Below are positions 16,765 through 26,375 of a stretch of 35,471 bases of DNA, in pieces (the first letter of the stretch is position 1; each line of letters starts with the position of its first letter). The stretch is from Rickettsiales bacterium (GTDB lineage Bacteria > Pseudomonadota > Alphaproteobacteria > Rickettsiales > UBA3002). A model generated the notes under the pieces. The model made no database searches, was not told the origin of the DNA, and was given only the letters and a program-made list of their open reading frames with translations. The stretch spans positions 1 through 35,471 of the forward strand of contig CANEUT010000001.1 of the NCBI GenBank assembly GCA_947441895.1. Direction: 5' to 3'. Made by a program: the position numbers and the translations under genes.

Positions 16765-18254
16765 ACATCACCTATAACATTCCCACAGCCGACCACCCCA
16801 AGGGCCTCATCGCCATTATCGATATTGGTTCCAACTCGGTGCGCATGGTAGTCTATCATGCGCTGAAGCGCGTACCGCTTCCCGTGTTCAACGAGAAATA
16901 TATGTGTGCCCTGGGGCGCGGCCTTGCCCGCACCGGTAAGCTGAACCCCGATGGCGTGAAAAAAGCCGAAATCGCCATTGCCCGTTTTCTGGTCATGGCC
17001 AAACGGCTCGAAGTTGCCAGCCTCGATATGATGGCCACCGCCGCCGTGCGCGACGCCGAAAATGGCGCTGATTTCGTGCATGGATTAGAACGCGAACATG
17101 GCATCACCATTCGTGTCATTACCGGCGAGCGTGAAGCCGAACTTGCTGCCAAAGCCATCCTCGCTTCGTTCCATGAACCACTCGGCATCTCGGCCGATTT
17201 GGGGGGCGGCAGCATGGAACTAGCCATGGTCGAACGCAGCGCGATTGGCGCCACCGCAAGCTGCCATTTGGGGTCGCTGGTGGTGCTCGATGCCAGCGAC
17301 GGCAAACGCGAAAAAATGCAAGAGATGATTCGCCGCGAACTCAAAGCCATTCCCTGGCTGAAAGACGCCGCACCGCCCTGCATCTATGCCATTGGCGGCG
17401 GCTTCCGCACCCTCGCCAAAGTGCATATGATCAAAACCCACTACCCGCTCGATCTGGTGCATGAATATGCCATGACCAAACGCGCCGTAAACCAGATGTG
17501 CGACCGGTTGATTGAGATGTCGCCCGCCGATCTTCAGGCCCTGCCCGGCATTTCATCGAAGCGCGTGCTCACCATTGTGCCCACCGCACTGGTGCTGCAG
17601 CAATTGCTCCATGTCACCGGCGCCCATGAAGTGCGTTTTTCCGTCAGCGGCATTCGCGAGGGTTTCTTTTTCGACCTGCTGGAACCACGCCAGCAAAAAG
17701 AAGATGCACTGTTGGCATCGGCGCGTGATTTGGCTGCCCTCATTGGTCGCCAAGGCAGCTATGCTAACGAGCTCTATGAATGGATGACCCCACTGTTTCA
17801 CAACGAGCCCATTGCCTGGCAGCGTATTCGTAAAGCCTTGTGCAAACTGTCGGAACTCGCCTGGTCCATCGACCCCAACTTCCGTGCCAACTGGGCTTAC
17901 CAACGCATCATTCAGTCATCCCTCAAAGGCATGGATCATAAGGAGCGCCTCATGCTGGCCCTCGCCCTTTACCACCGTTATCAAACCCGTTGGCGGGGCG
18001 ATAAAAGCGAAATTAAACTGCTCGATGAACGTGAACGTTTATGGGCCCGCTGCGTGGGGCTGGCGGCCAACCTTGCCTTCCAGCTTTCAGGCGGGCGCGG
18101 CGGCAATTTACACCATGCCAAATTACAGTTTCATGATGCCGATGTGCGGCTGACGCTCGATGATGAGGCCAGCCCCTTGCGCACCGAAACCGTAGAAAAA
18201 AGGCTCGACGGATTGGGCGAAGCGCTCAGGGCCTTTTCCAATTTTGTCATATAG
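16761..18254 (+). CDS. ppx: Exopolyphosphatase (Ppx/GppA family)
   Basis: 497 aa. Its ATGA overlaps the ppk stop. The ASKHA-fold N-terminus reads IAIIDIGSNSVRMVVY..ATAAVRDAENG..DLGGGSMEL. Confidence 0.9.
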   Translation: MNITYNIPTADHPKGLIAIIDIGSNSVRMVVYHALKRVPLPVFNEKYMCALGRGLARTGKLNPDGVKKAEIAIARFLVMAKRLEVASLDMMATAAVRDAENGADFVHGLEREHGITIRVITGEREAELAAKAILASFHEPLGISADLGGGSMELAMVERSAIGATASCHLGSLVVLDASDGKREKMQEMIRRELKAIPWLKDAAPPCIYAIGGGFRTLAKVHMIKTHYPLDLVHEYAMTKRAVNQMCDRLIEMSPADLQALPGISSKRVLTIVPTALVLQQLLHVTGAHEVRFSVSGIREGFFFDLLEPRQQKEDALLASARDLAALIGRQGSYANELYEWMTPLFHNEPIAWQRIRKALCKLSELAWSIDPNFRANWAYQRIIQSSLKGMDHKERLMLALALYHRYQTRWRGDKSEIKLLDERERLWARCVGLAANLAFQLSGGRGGNLHHAKLQFHDADVRLTLDDEASPLRTETVEKRLDGLGEALRAFSNFVI

Positions 18255-18850
18255 CTTTTTTTAGAAACGGCTTCGACGCCAAACTGTTTCAAATGCTCAT
18301 TCACATATTGCGTGTCGAGCAATTCATACCCCGCCTCACCCAAAATTTCCACCAGCGTCACCAGCGCAATTTTGCTGGCATCGGGCGCACGGCTGAACAT
18401 GCTTTCCCCAAAAAATGCCCCGCCGAGCGACACACCATATAATCCACCGATGAGTTTTTTATTGCATGGGGGTTGGTCAGGAGAGCAACCCGAACCAATC
18501 AAAGACTGCCACACCTCGATGCTATGGGCCTGGCCGCGGGCGGCGAGTGCGGTGTAAAGTTCAATAATTTGTTCGTTAATCCATGTCTCGCTGCGGCCCT
18601 TGCTCACGCTTGCACAGCCACGAATCACTTCCTCAAAACACGTATCCACCGTCACCGTATAATCATGTTTTTTCATGGCGCGTTTCAGGCCGCGCGGAAT
18701 GTTGAATTCGGCGATGGGCATCACCCCGCGCTCTTCAGGACTGAACCAATAAAGCTCCGGGTCATCGGCCTCCATGGCCATGGGAAAATAGCCGTTGGCA
18801 TAGGCGGCAAGCAACATATCCGGTGTAATATCGACGATTTCGTCAGTCAT
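18131..18850 (-). CDS. aat: Leucyl/phenylalanyl-tRNA--protein transferase
   Basis: The protein contains ITPDMLLAAYANGYFPMA..YWFSPEERGV..RGLKRAMKK..TVDTCFEEVIRGCA..TWINEQIIELY..GQAHSIEVW..LIGGLYGVSLGGAFFGESMFS. The last ~35 aa are Ser-rich and overlap the 3' end of ppx. Confidence 0.85.
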   Translation of the reverse strand: MTDEIVDITPDMLLAAYANGYFPMAMEADDPELYWFSPEERGVMPIAEFNIPRGLKRAMKKHDYTVTVDTCFEEVIRGCASVSKGRSETWINEQIIELYTALAARGQAHSIEVWQSLIGSGCSPDQPPCNKKLIGGLYGVSLGGAFFGESMFSRAPDASKIALVTLVEILGEAGYELLDTQYVNEHLKQFGVEAVSKKSYMTKLEKALSASPNPSSLFSTVSVRKGLASSSSVSRTSAS

Positions 18851-18890
18851 CTTTCACTGCGCGCACGGAAGCGTTGCAATTCACTTTTTT

Positions 18891-18996
18891 GTCATCCCGG
18901 ACTTGATCCGGGATCTCCTTAAAGTGGATTCCCGCTTTCGCGGGAATGACAAGGTAAAGATGGATTGCCACGTCGGCTTCGCCTCCTCGCAATGAC
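18891..18996. repeat. Cluster of three short hairpin (REP-like) units between aroQ and aat
   Basis: The units are GTCATCCCGGACTTGATCCGGGATC (18891-18915), GGATTCCCGCTTTCGCGGGAATGAC (18926-18950) and ATTGCCACGTCGGCTTCGCCTCCTCGCAATGAC (18964-18996). Related units occur at 28284-28366. Confidence 0.8.
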
Positions 18997-18997
18997 A

Positions 18998-19432
18998 TTA
19001 TTTTGATACTACTAATGCCTCTATCGCCAGCGCATAGCCCTGCGCACCAAGGCCACAAATGCTCTGCTTCGCCACCGGTTCAATAAAAGAATGATGCCGG
19101 AACGGCTCGCGTGTTTTTGGGTCGCTTAAATGCACCTCGATGATGGGAATCTTCACCGCCCGCAAAGCATCATGCAGCGCTACCGAAGTGTGCGTATAAC
19201 CGCCCGCATTAATAATGATAGCCGCCGCCTCGCGCCCGGCTTGCTGCACCCAGTCAATCAGGTCGCCCTCATGGTTGCTCTGCTTAAAATCAACGGCAAA
19301 CCCATGTTTTTTTGCTGTTTCTCGGCACAGAACTTCAATATCGGCCAGCGTGGTTGTGCCATAAATTTCCGGTTCACGCGTGCCCAGCAAATTGAGGTTA
19401 GGCCCGTTCAGAACGGTAATGGTCTTACTCAT
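18998..19432 (-). CDS. aroQ: Type II 3-dehydroquinate dehydratase
   Basis: 144 aa: [71 protein letters not shown]. Confidence 0.95.
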   Translation of the reverse strand: MSKTITVLNGPNLNLLGTREPEIYGTTTLADIEVLCRETAKKHGFAVDFKQSNHEGDLIDWVQQAGREAAAIIINAGGYTHTSVALHDALRAVKIPIIEVHLSDPKTREPFRHHSFIEPVAKQSICGLGAQGYALAIEALVVSK

Positions 19433-19480
19433 GATGCCTCGTTTCTTGCGCGTTGCCGCGAAATAGCCTAGATAAGCCTC

Positions 19481-19705
19481 ATGTCTAACACAGCCTCATT
19501 ACAATCGCAAATTACTGTCAACGGCGTGGCGCGGCCACGTGCGAATGTTTCATCCATCGCTGATTTGGTGACCGAGCTGCAACTGGATATGCGCAAAGTC
19601 GCCATTGAACAGAATCTGAACATTGTGCCGCGCAGCGCCTACGCCACCACCCGCATTTGCGATGGTGACGCCATTGAAATCGTCGGCTTCATTGGAGGTG
19701 GATAG
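19481..19705 (+). CDS. thiS: Thiamine-biosynthesis sulfur carrier ThiS
   Basis: 74 aa. It ends ..[13 protein letters not shown] (C-terminal GG) and lies immediately upstream of thiG. Confidence 0.85.
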   Translation: MSNTASLQSQITVNGVARPRANVSSIADLVTELQLDMRKVAIEQNLNIVPRSAYATTRICDGDAIEIVGFIGGG

Positions 19706-19796
19706 TTTTTGGTTGGCGCTCGCCGCGCTGGCCCGGCCTGAATGGCCGTGTCGCTTGGCGTTGCCTATGCCGCCAAGCTCCGCTAAGGAAAATACT

Positions 19797-20573
19797 ATGA
19801 ACGATCACCTCATCATCGCCGGACGCACCTTTTCCTCGCGCCTTCTCGTGGGTACGGGGAAGTACAAAAATTTTGAACAGACGAAGTCTGCCATTGAAGC
19901 CAGTGGGGCTGAAATTGTCACCGTGGCCCTGCGCCGGGTGAACCTGGCCGACACCGGCAGCGACAGTTTGCAGGCCGCTATTCCGCCCGAGAAATACACC
20001 TACCTGCCCAATAGCGCGGGCTGCTACACGGCCGAAGACGCGGTGCGCACCTTGCGTTTAGCACGCGAACTGGGTGGCTGGACTTTGGTGAAGCTGGAGG
20101 TGATTGGCGACAAACACAGCCTCTTTCCCGATGTTGAGGAAACCCTGAAAGCCGCCAAAACACTGGTCGCCGAAGGGTTCGAGGTGATGGTCTATACGAA
20201 TGATGACCCCATCAGCGCCCGCAAGTTTGAAGATTTGGGCGTGGCCGCCATTATGCCGCTTGCCGCCCCCATTGGCTCGGGCCTTGGCATTCAGAACCCG
20301 CTGAACATTCGCCTCATTGTGGAACACGCCCGCGTGCCCGTGCTGGTCGATGCCGGGGTGGGCACCGCGTCCGACGCCGCCATTGCCATGGAGCTGGGCT
20401 GCGACGGTGTGCTGATGAACACCGCCATTGCCGAAGCGCGCGACCCCATCATGATGGCACGGGCCATGAAACTGGCGGTGGAATCGGGCCGCTTGGCTTA
20501 CCTCGCCGGACGCATGGAAAAGCGCGCGCAGGCCAGCGCATCGTCGCCCCAAACGGGGTTGATTGGTTTGTAG
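19797..20573 (+). CDS. thiG: Thiazole synthase ThiG
   Basis: From ATG 19797, with AAGGAA 8 nt upstream. The protein reads [96 protein letters not shown]. The track ORF start at 19623 is upstream read-through. Confidence 0.95.
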   Translation: MNDHLIIAGRTFSSRLLVGTGKYKNFEQTKSAIEASGAEIVTVALRRVNLADTGSDSLQAAIPPEKYTYLPNSAGCYTAEDAVRTLRLARELGGWTLVKLEVIGDKHSLFPDVEETLKAAKTLVAEGFEVMVYTNDDPISARKFEDLGVAAIMPLAAPIGSGLGIQNPLNIRLIVEHARVPVLVDAGVGTASDAAIAMELGCDGVLMNTAIAEARDPIMMARAMKLAVESGRLAYLAGRMEKRAQASASSPQTGLIGL

Positions 20574-20637
20574 TTTTGATTGGCGAGCAAAGCTCGCGTT
20601 GGGGGCGAACTGCTGTTTTGTTGCCTTCGCAACGTGG

Positions 20638-20777
20638 CCCAAAACCCCCTCGAACGCTTACGCTCCGGCTCGCGCAGTAAAGCGCTACGCACTGACTCTA
20701 CAAATAGTTAGAAAAATCGTGCGTAGCCTTCCATGGCGAGCCGCGTGAGCGAAAGGGGTTTGGGGACAAGGTCCCCA
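20638..20777. repeat. Full copy of the palindromic intergenic repeat (arm-loop-arm)
   Basis: The left arm ..AAAACCCCCTCGAACGCTTACGCTCCGGCTCGCGCAGTAAAGCGCTACGCA ends at about 20691. The loop is CTGACTCTACAAATAGTTAGAAAAATCGT. The right arm GCGTAGCCTTCCATGGCGAGCCGCGTGAGCGAAAGGGGTTTGGGGACAAGGTCCCCA begins at 20721. Small extra hairpins (GCGAGCaaaGCTCGC, GTTGCcttcGCAAC) lie at 20580-20632. Confidence 0.85.
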
Positions 20778-20784
20778 TCAAAAG

Positions 20785-21843
20785 CTACCCAAGCTTTGCA
20801 ATCAGCTTCTTCAACGAACCCATCAGCTCTTGGCCAATACGGTTGCCAGAATCTTTCATGCCCTGATTAAAAATCACCGTTACCACATCAATATGCTTAC
20901 GAATAATCAGCAAGTCATTGTCATTAATCCGTGGATGAGCCGTCAGATAATTCTCCAACAAACTGGCCACTTCGGTGCCCAAGTGATAGCCAAAAATTCC
21001 CGCACGCGACTGAATGCGATAGGCGCATTGGTGAAGGTCGGCCAAGGCGAAAACGTTACCCATATCATCGACCAATGTTTTAAAAGCAATCTCGAGCTTA
21101 CTTATATCTTCACGTGCCCATTCCACAAATTCGCTTTCTGCCATCAGCAATTTTGCCTGCGCCTCCGCAACCACCATCTCGGTAAGAATATCGCGGGCGC
21201 TCACCTCGCCCAGCTGGTCGCGCAGCACAAAATTCGGCGGCGATAGCATAGCAGCTTCGCGGGCCGCTTGCGCTACCGAAGGTTTAGCGGCACGCGCGCC
21301 ACGCCGTTCTTGAACCCCGGGTGGGGGCACACCCCGACGCCGACGGCATGGCCCCGCAAATCCCGGTGCATCGACGAATGATCGCGGATTATCGATGACC
21401 ATCACAATACGATCCGAGATAGTTTTAGCTGAAAATGGCTTCGCCACAAATTCGCTAATGCCCGCATCACGCGCAGCTTGAATATGATCCATTTCAGCAC
21501 GAGCCGTCAGCATAATAATGGGAATATCACGTGGAATACGTTTATTATCTTTCGCGCTGCGAATGGCTTTCACCAATGTAATACCATCAATTTCAGCCAT
21601 GCTATATTCGGTGATAATCAAATCATAGTTGCGTGTAGCAAGGCGGCGCAACACATCGCTGCCGCTATTCACGCAGTCAATATCGCGAAACCCGAACGAA
21701 AATAAAATGCCCTGCACCAAGTTACCGGTGCGGCTATCATGGTCGGCAAGCAACACGCGAACACGCGCAAAAAGATCGCGCTTGTCGCCATCGGTCATCT
21801 GCACGACGGGCTTTCGAGTCGAGCTGCGCTTCGGTCCTACCAT
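20785..21843 (-). CDS. Atypical response regulator: receiver domain with Glu at the phospho-acceptor position, plus a C-terminal helical Hpt-like domain
   Basis: The REC fold reads VRVLLADHDS..YDLIITEYSMAEIDG..IPIIMLTA..EFVAKPF. The Thr and Lys are conserved, but the acceptor position reads E79 (codon 21607-21609). The C-terminal ~150 aa are helical and contain AYRIQSRAGIFGYHLGTEVASLLE, which resembles the Hpt H-x-x-K-G-x-A-x-x-x-G region. The gene lies 13 nt downstream of hdaA. An alternative start is ATG 21798. Confidence 0.75.
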   Translation of the reverse strand: MVGPKRSSTRKPVVQMTDGDKRDLFARVRVLLADHDSRTGNLVQGILFSFGFRDIDCVNSGSDVLRRLATRNYDLIITEYSMAEIDGITLVKAIRSAKDNKRIPRDIPIIMLTARAEMDHIQAARDAGISEFVAKPFSAKTISDRIVMVIDNPRSFVDAPGFAGPCRRRRGVPPPGVQERRGARAAKPSVAQAAREAAMLSPPNFVLRDQLGEVSARDILTEMVVAEAQAKLLMAESEFVEWAREDISKLEIAFKTLVDDMGNVFALADLHQCAYRIQSRAGIFGYHLGTEVASLLENYLTAHPRINDNDLLIIRKHIDVVTVIFNQGMKDSGNRIGQELMGSLKKLIAKLG

Positions 21844-21856
21844 GGAAGCAGTATAG

Positions 21857-22531
21857 CTATTTATCTTGGACTTTCAACAACTCACGCACTAATGGCAACG
21901 TAATGGCCCTACCACGCGCCAGCGACAAAGCATCTACTTCATTGGCAAACTGCTGCATGGCCGCATAGCTGCGCTCCAGATAGGTCGCCGCGTAATGCAA
22001 CACATCGGGGGCAATTCGCAATTGACGATCGGCAAATTCCTTCGCCAGCACACCGACAAGCAGCGCATCATCGGGTGCGCCCAATGCGGCACTGGGCAAC
22101 GCCAACAAGCGTGAGCGTAAATCAGGCAAGGCGAAAAGCAGTTGTGAAGCCGCATCAGTTGCCGTCATCAGCAAATAATCACCGCGTGCCCGCACATGGT
22201 TAATCAGCTGTGCCAACGCTGGCGCATCAGTTGCCGCATCCATATTATCCAGCACCCAACAGTGATTGCCCGTCAGCAAATGGTCGGCAGGCAAACTGCC
22301 CACACGCGCCACGTCTATCATAGTGGCGTGGGCACGCACGGCAAACACATGCGACAAATGTGTTTTGCCGCTGCCTTTCGGTCCGTGCAGAAGAATAATG
22401 GAATAGGGCCAGTTGGGCCAGCTTTCCACCCAGCGCAGCGCCTCAGCGTTCGACTCACCGCGAATAAAATCGGCCGCATGATAGCTCGGGCTAGCCGAGA
22501 ATGGCATTACCAACTGCATGGCCGCACCCAT
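21857..22531 (-). CDS. hdaA: DnaA-related regulatory inactivator (HdaA/Hda)
   Basis: 224 aa. The N-terminal QLVMPF resembles the QL[x]LPL beta-clamp-binding motif. The AAA+ Walker A is LLHGPKGSGKTHL. The size is typical of Hda. The start may instead be ATG 22519 (MQLVMPF). Confidence 0.8.
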   Translation of the reverse strand: MGAAMQLVMPFSASPSYHAADFIRGESNAEALRWVESWPNWPYSIILLHGPKGSGKTHLSHVFAVRAHATMIDVARVGSLPADHLLTGNHCWVLDNMDAATDAPALAQLINHVRARGDYLLMTATDAASQLLFALPDLRSRLLALPSAALGAPDDALLVGVLAKEFADRQLRIAPDVLHYAATYLERSYAAMQQFANEVDALSLARGRAITLPLVRELLKVQDK

Positions 22532-22532
22532 C

Positions 22533-23648
22533 TTATTGCTTCAGGTAAAGGCCCGATTGCAAATAGCGACCTAGGGCAAATTTCGCTAATACACCAATCA
22601 CTGCTGTCAGCGGCACAGCCAGCAAAAGCCCCACAAAACCAAGAAGCACCGCACCGGCCAACATACCAAAAAGCATCCATAGCGGGTGCAGACCCACGCG
22701 GTCACCAATAATTTTGGGAGTGAGAATTTGTGTTTCCAGAATTTGGGCCACCCCATAAACTGCAAGCACCAGCCACCAGCTGGTGTCCATGCCAAACTGG
22801 CCATGCGCCACCAGCAGCCCAAGGCTGATAGAAATAACCGAACCCACATAGGGAATAATAATAATACAGCCCGCAAGCAGGCCCAGCACCAACGAAAAGT
22901 TCAACCCAATCAGTGTAAATGCCACCACATAAAACGTGGAAAGAATAAGCATCACCGTAATTTGCCCACGCAGATAGGCCGCCAGCGTGCGGTTAATAAG
23001 GTAAAGCTGGCTGCGAATGGTGGGTGCATAAGCCAGCGGCAAAATACGGTCCACACTGGCCAGCATGGCAGGCCAATCGCGGATTAGGTAAAAACATACA
23101 ATCGGCGTAATGAGCAGTAATGCCGCCACATTCAATGCCGCTGCACCGCTGGCAAACACGTGTTGGCTGAATTGCGTGGCCGATAAAATGCCTGTCTGCA
23201 TGACGTCGCTGAAATCGGTGGGAAGAGCAGCGGCATCCTTATTACCCGTCAGTCCAGAAAGGCTTTTCAGCAGCGGCGCCATCTGTTCATAAATATTGGT
23301 TTCAATTTGGTGTAGCATACGCGGTGCTTTGCTAATCAGCTCGGTCAGCTGCGCATATAAAATGGGTACCAGCCACATGACTAACGCTGTGAGCGTAGCA
23401 AAAAGTCCCAGCGTAATAATGCTTGTCGCCAAGCTACGTCCCATCCCGCGTTTTTGCATCCAGCACGCCAGCGGATCCATCAGGTAGGCCACAAAAAGCC
23501 CCAGCACGAACGGCAGCAAAATAGGGCGCACCGACTGCAGAAAAACCCAGAACAACGTAATAATGGCAGCCCACATCACCACATGAAACCAACGTTCTTG
23601 CCATGCGTTTTGTTTGGTGAGTGCAGTATTCAAAGCGGGTTCAGTCAT
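22533..23648 (-). CDS. AI-2E family (PerM/YhhT-like) transporter
   Basis: 371 aa polytopic membrane protein: ..ILLPFVLGLFVAYLMDP.., ..YLRGQITVMLILSTFYVVAFTLIGLNFSLVLGLLAGCIIIIPYVGSVIS.., ..ILTPKIIGDRVGLHPLWMLFGMLAG. These are the characteristic AI-2E motifs. Confidence 0.85.
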   Translation of the reverse strand: MTEPALNTALTKQNAWQERWFHVVMWAAIITLFWVFLQSVRPILLPFVLGLFVAYLMDPLACWMQKRGMGRSLATSIITLGLFATLTALVMWLVPILYAQLTELISKAPRMLHQIETNIYEQMAPLLKSLSGLTGNKDAAALPTDFSDVMQTGILSATQFSQHVFASGAAALNVAALLLITPIVCFYLIRDWPAMLASVDRILPLAYAPTIRSQLYLINRTLAAYLRGQITVMLILSTFYVVAFTLIGLNFSLVLGLLAGCIIIIPYVGSVISISLGLLVAHGQFGMDTSWWLVLAVYGVAQILETQILTPKIIGDRVGLHPLWMLFGMLAGAVLLGFVGLLLAVPLTAVIGVLAKFALGRYLQSGLYLKQ

Positions 23649-23652
23649 TATG

Positions 23653-24771
23653 TTACCTCAACGAGACAATCCAGCCATCGGCCGATTCGCGGATGATGAT
23701 ATTTTGTTTCTTCAACAGCTCTTGTAGCACATTCTGCGCACCATCAAAATAAATCGTACCGCTGATTTCTTTGAGCGAAATATTCGGAATTTCAAGTGCC
23801 AAAACGCCCTTGCTGGTACGCACGGCTTGCTGCATTTGCCCCAATTCGCGTGAGGTGGCATATGTAAACCGCACCTTAATCTTCGTTGCTTTTGCCAGTT
23901 TCTCCTGATCCATTTCCGCGGTCGAGGAAGCGATTTGGGTCAGCGCCGTGGCAGTGGCCACCACCACATGGCGCAAGCGCGACTCATTCTTTTCATCCGT
24001 CGTAACGGGTGGAATTTCAATCACCTCATTATTCGCGACTGCGGTGGGGCTTAAACGGCGAAACAGCACGCTGGATGGCGCTTCTTTCCCCTGCGGACTT
24101 AACGTCAGCACTGCCACAATAATCTCACGCGAACCATAGCGGGCAAACATGGGCTTCAGCTCATCGGCCTTCACGGTCAGAATGTTTTTATAATCCACCA
24201 GCCGCAAATCTTCAAAGTCACCGCCCGCCACCAGCACCGCCCCGTGCGACTGACGCAGCACTTCCTCAGCCAATGGCGCACGCAGCTGGTTTTCTTGTTC
24301 CCACAAATAGGGGCGATCTTCACCCACAAACACCGGCAGCACCAGCACCCCGCGCACCTTGGCCGTGGTTGCAACAGGGGCCACCACATTCGACGGAATG
24401 TTCAATATTTTGCGCAACACATCTTCTACCAGCGTTACATTCACTTCGGCATAGGTGGTGTTGCCCTCGCGCCGCGTTTGCAGCAGCTTGGTGCCGCGAA
24501 TAATTTGTGAAAGCTGGTCTTCTTTCAGTTTCGACGCACGAAACCCGGCATCCGCCCCGCCCAGTTTGCGTGCGGTAAGATACACCGCTCGTTTGCGCGC
24601 ATAATCCATCGCGTTTTCTTCGGCCTTGACGCTAATATCATCAATGCCCACCGCCACCACGCGCACTTCCTGCACGGCGGCATGCGCGGGCGCACCAAGC
24701 CAAGCCATCATGCAAAGCGCAGCGAGCGATTGCCAAAACAGTCGTTTGTGAACTATAGGTTTGCCATTCAT
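23653..24771 (-). CDS. Secreted protein of unknown function, possibly DUF2066-like
   Basis: 372 aa with a signal peptide (..AWLGAPAHA|AV). The segments ..[14 protein letters not shown].. and ..[14 protein letters not shown].. resemble DUF2066. Its position next to purM, the AI-2E transporter and hda matches a synteny I recall from other proteobacteria. The family call is tentative. Confidence 0.5.
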   Translation of the reverse strand: MNGKPIVHKRLFWQSLAALCMMAWLGAPAHAAVQEVRVVAVGIDDISVKAEENAMDYARKRAVYLTARKLGGADAGFRASKLKEDQLSQIIRGTKLLQTRREGNTTYAEVNVTLVEDVLRKILNIPSNVVAPVATTAKVRGVLVLPVFVGEDRPYLWEQENQLRAPLAEEVLRQSHGAVLVAGGDFEDLRLVDYKNILTVKADELKPMFARYGSREIIVAVLTLSPQGKEAPSSVLFRRLSPTAVANNEVIEIPPVTTDEKNESRLRHVVVATATALTQIASSTAEMDQEKLAKATKIKVRFTYATSRELGQMQQAVRTSKGVLALEIPNISLKEISGTIYFDGAQNVLQELLKKQNIIIRESADGWIVSLR

Positions 24772-24790
24772 TCAACGCAGGCTACCGCAA

Positions 24791-25861
24791 ATGAGCACAT
24801 CAATCAACGCACGAAGCAATGAACGCTATAAACAAGCCGGGGTCGATATCGATGCCGGTAACGCACTGGTCGAACGCATTAAACCCCACGCCAAGGCCAC
24901 CACGCGGGCCGGTGTGGTGGGCGGGCTGGGCGGTTTCGGCGCCGTGTTTGATTTGAAGGCAGCCGGGTTCGAAGACGCGCTTTTGGTATCGACCACCGAC
25001 GGCGTGGGCACCAAGCTGAGGCTGGCGATTGACCTCAACCAACATAAAACCATCGGCATCGACCTGGTGGCCATGTGCGTGAACGATCTGGTGGTGCAAG
25101 GCGCTACCCCGCTTTTCTTTTTGGATTATTACGCCACCGGCAAACTCTCGGTCGAGGTGGCAACCGACGTGGTAGCCGGCATTGCCGAGGGCTGCAAACT
25201 GGCGGGCTGCGCGCTGGTGGGCGGTGAAACGGCCGAAATGCCCGGCATGTACAAGCACGAAGATTACGACCTCGCGGGCTTTTCCGTGGGTGCCGTGGCG
25301 CGGGCCAATTTGCTGCCCAAACCCACCGTCGCCGCCGGTGATGTGCTGCTGGGGCTCATGTCGGCCGGGGTGCATAGCAACGGTTATTCGCTGGTGCGCC
25401 ACATTATTAAAGAAAGCGGGGCCGATATCACCGCCGCCCCGCCCTATACCTGCGAAAAAACCACGCTGGGCGAATCACTGCTCACCCCCACGCGCATTTA
25501 TGTAAAGTCGCTGCTGCCCAGCCTGAATGCCGGCAAAATTAAAGCCCTCGCCCACATCACGGGCGGCGGACTCACCGAAAATCTGCCGCGCGTGCTGCCA
25601 GAACATCTCAGCGCATCCATCGACCTCACCACGTGGAAACTGCCCAACGTGTTTGCCTGGCTGCAACAAGCGGGCAAGGTGCCGACGGACGAAATGCTGC
25701 GCACCTTCAATAGCGGCATTGGCATGGTGCTGGTGGTGGGGAAAGACGAAGCGCTGGAAGTGCGCGCCGCCCTTGAAAAAGCCGGTGAGCGCGTGGTGCT
25801 GATGGGCGAAATGATTCCCGCCGCCGACACCAAAGTGGTTTATGAAGGCGCACTCGAATAG
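24791..25861 (+). CDS. purM: Phosphoribosylformylglycinamidine cyclo-ligase (AIR synthetase)
   Basis: From ATG 24791: ..[105 protein letters not shown]. The track start at 24761 is a TTG read-through. Confidence 0.95.
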   Translation: MSTSINARSNERYKQAGVDIDAGNALVERIKPHAKATTRAGVVGGLGGFGAVFDLKAAGFEDALLVSTTDGVGTKLRLAIDLNQHKTIGIDLVAMCVNDLVVQGATPLFFLDYYATGKLSVEVATDVVAGIAEGCKLAGCALVGGETAEMPGMYKHEDYDLAGFSVGAVARANLLPKPTVAAGDVLLGLMSAGVHSNGYSLVRHIIKESGADITAAPPYTCEKTTLGESLLTPTRIYVKSLLPSLNAGKIKALAHITGGGLTENLPRVLPEHLSASIDLTTWKLPNVFAWLQQAGKVPTDEMLRTFNSGIGMVLVVGKDEALEVRAALEKAGERVVLMGEMIPAADTKVVYEGALE

Positions 25862-25895
25862 GCGCTCGCGCCTTTAAAATGTGAGGACAGGCACC

Positions 25896-26366
25896 ATGAA
25901 AAAGATTTTTCTCACGGCCATTGTTTTGTTCAGCCTTACTTCAACAGCATCGGTTGCGGCAGATGCGCCTTCACCTAATACATCCTCAGCAACAATTCCT
26001 GCATCGATAGAATTTGAGGGTGAGACTTATAAGCTGGTTGAAACCAATGACCTTGATAAGACTATCAAGGGTACAAACATAACAGATCAGTATAAACAAT
26101 ATTGGGAGCAGTTTAGAGAGGATGGGATTTATATTATGACTGGTGGGTTAGCCCCCATTTATGCCACTTACAAGGTTGCGGATAATCAGTTTTGTATAAA
26201 TTACGAAAACCCTAAAGCCTCGCCGCCGGTATGTCGTGCGCTGTTTAAAAGTGCAAAGGGGCAATATCTTTCTATTGGTGCATCCTCAAAGACCAATTCT
26301 ACAAAAAGCGCTGCTGCGCCAACACCTCAAAATATTTTTATTCATCCTTTTGATAAAGACAAATAG
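25896..26366 (+). CDS. Small secreted or periplasmic protein of unknown function (AT-rich insert between purM and purN)
   Basis: ATG 25896 follows GAGGA (25884-25888). The signal peptide is MKKIFLTAIVLFSLTSTASVAA|DA. I recognise no motif. The segment is visibly AT-richer than its neighbours. Confidence 0.6.
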   Translation: MKKIFLTAIVLFSLTSTASVAADAPSPNTSSATIPASIEFEGETYKLVETNDLDKTIKGTNITDQYKQYWEQFREDGIYIMTGGLAPIYATYKVADNQFCINYENPKASPPVCRALFKSAKGQYLSIGASSKTNSTKSAAAPTPQNIFIHPFDKDK

Positions 26367-26375
26367 GAGCAAGGC

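Noticed and set aside
19433-19480. Possible TPP (THI-box) riboswitch upstream of thiS
   Set aside because: Only 48 nt separate the aroQ start from the thiS start, which is too short for a THI element. I see no CTGAGA..ACCTGATCTGGATAATGCCAGCG-like core. The 91-nt thiS-thiG spacer lacks it as well.
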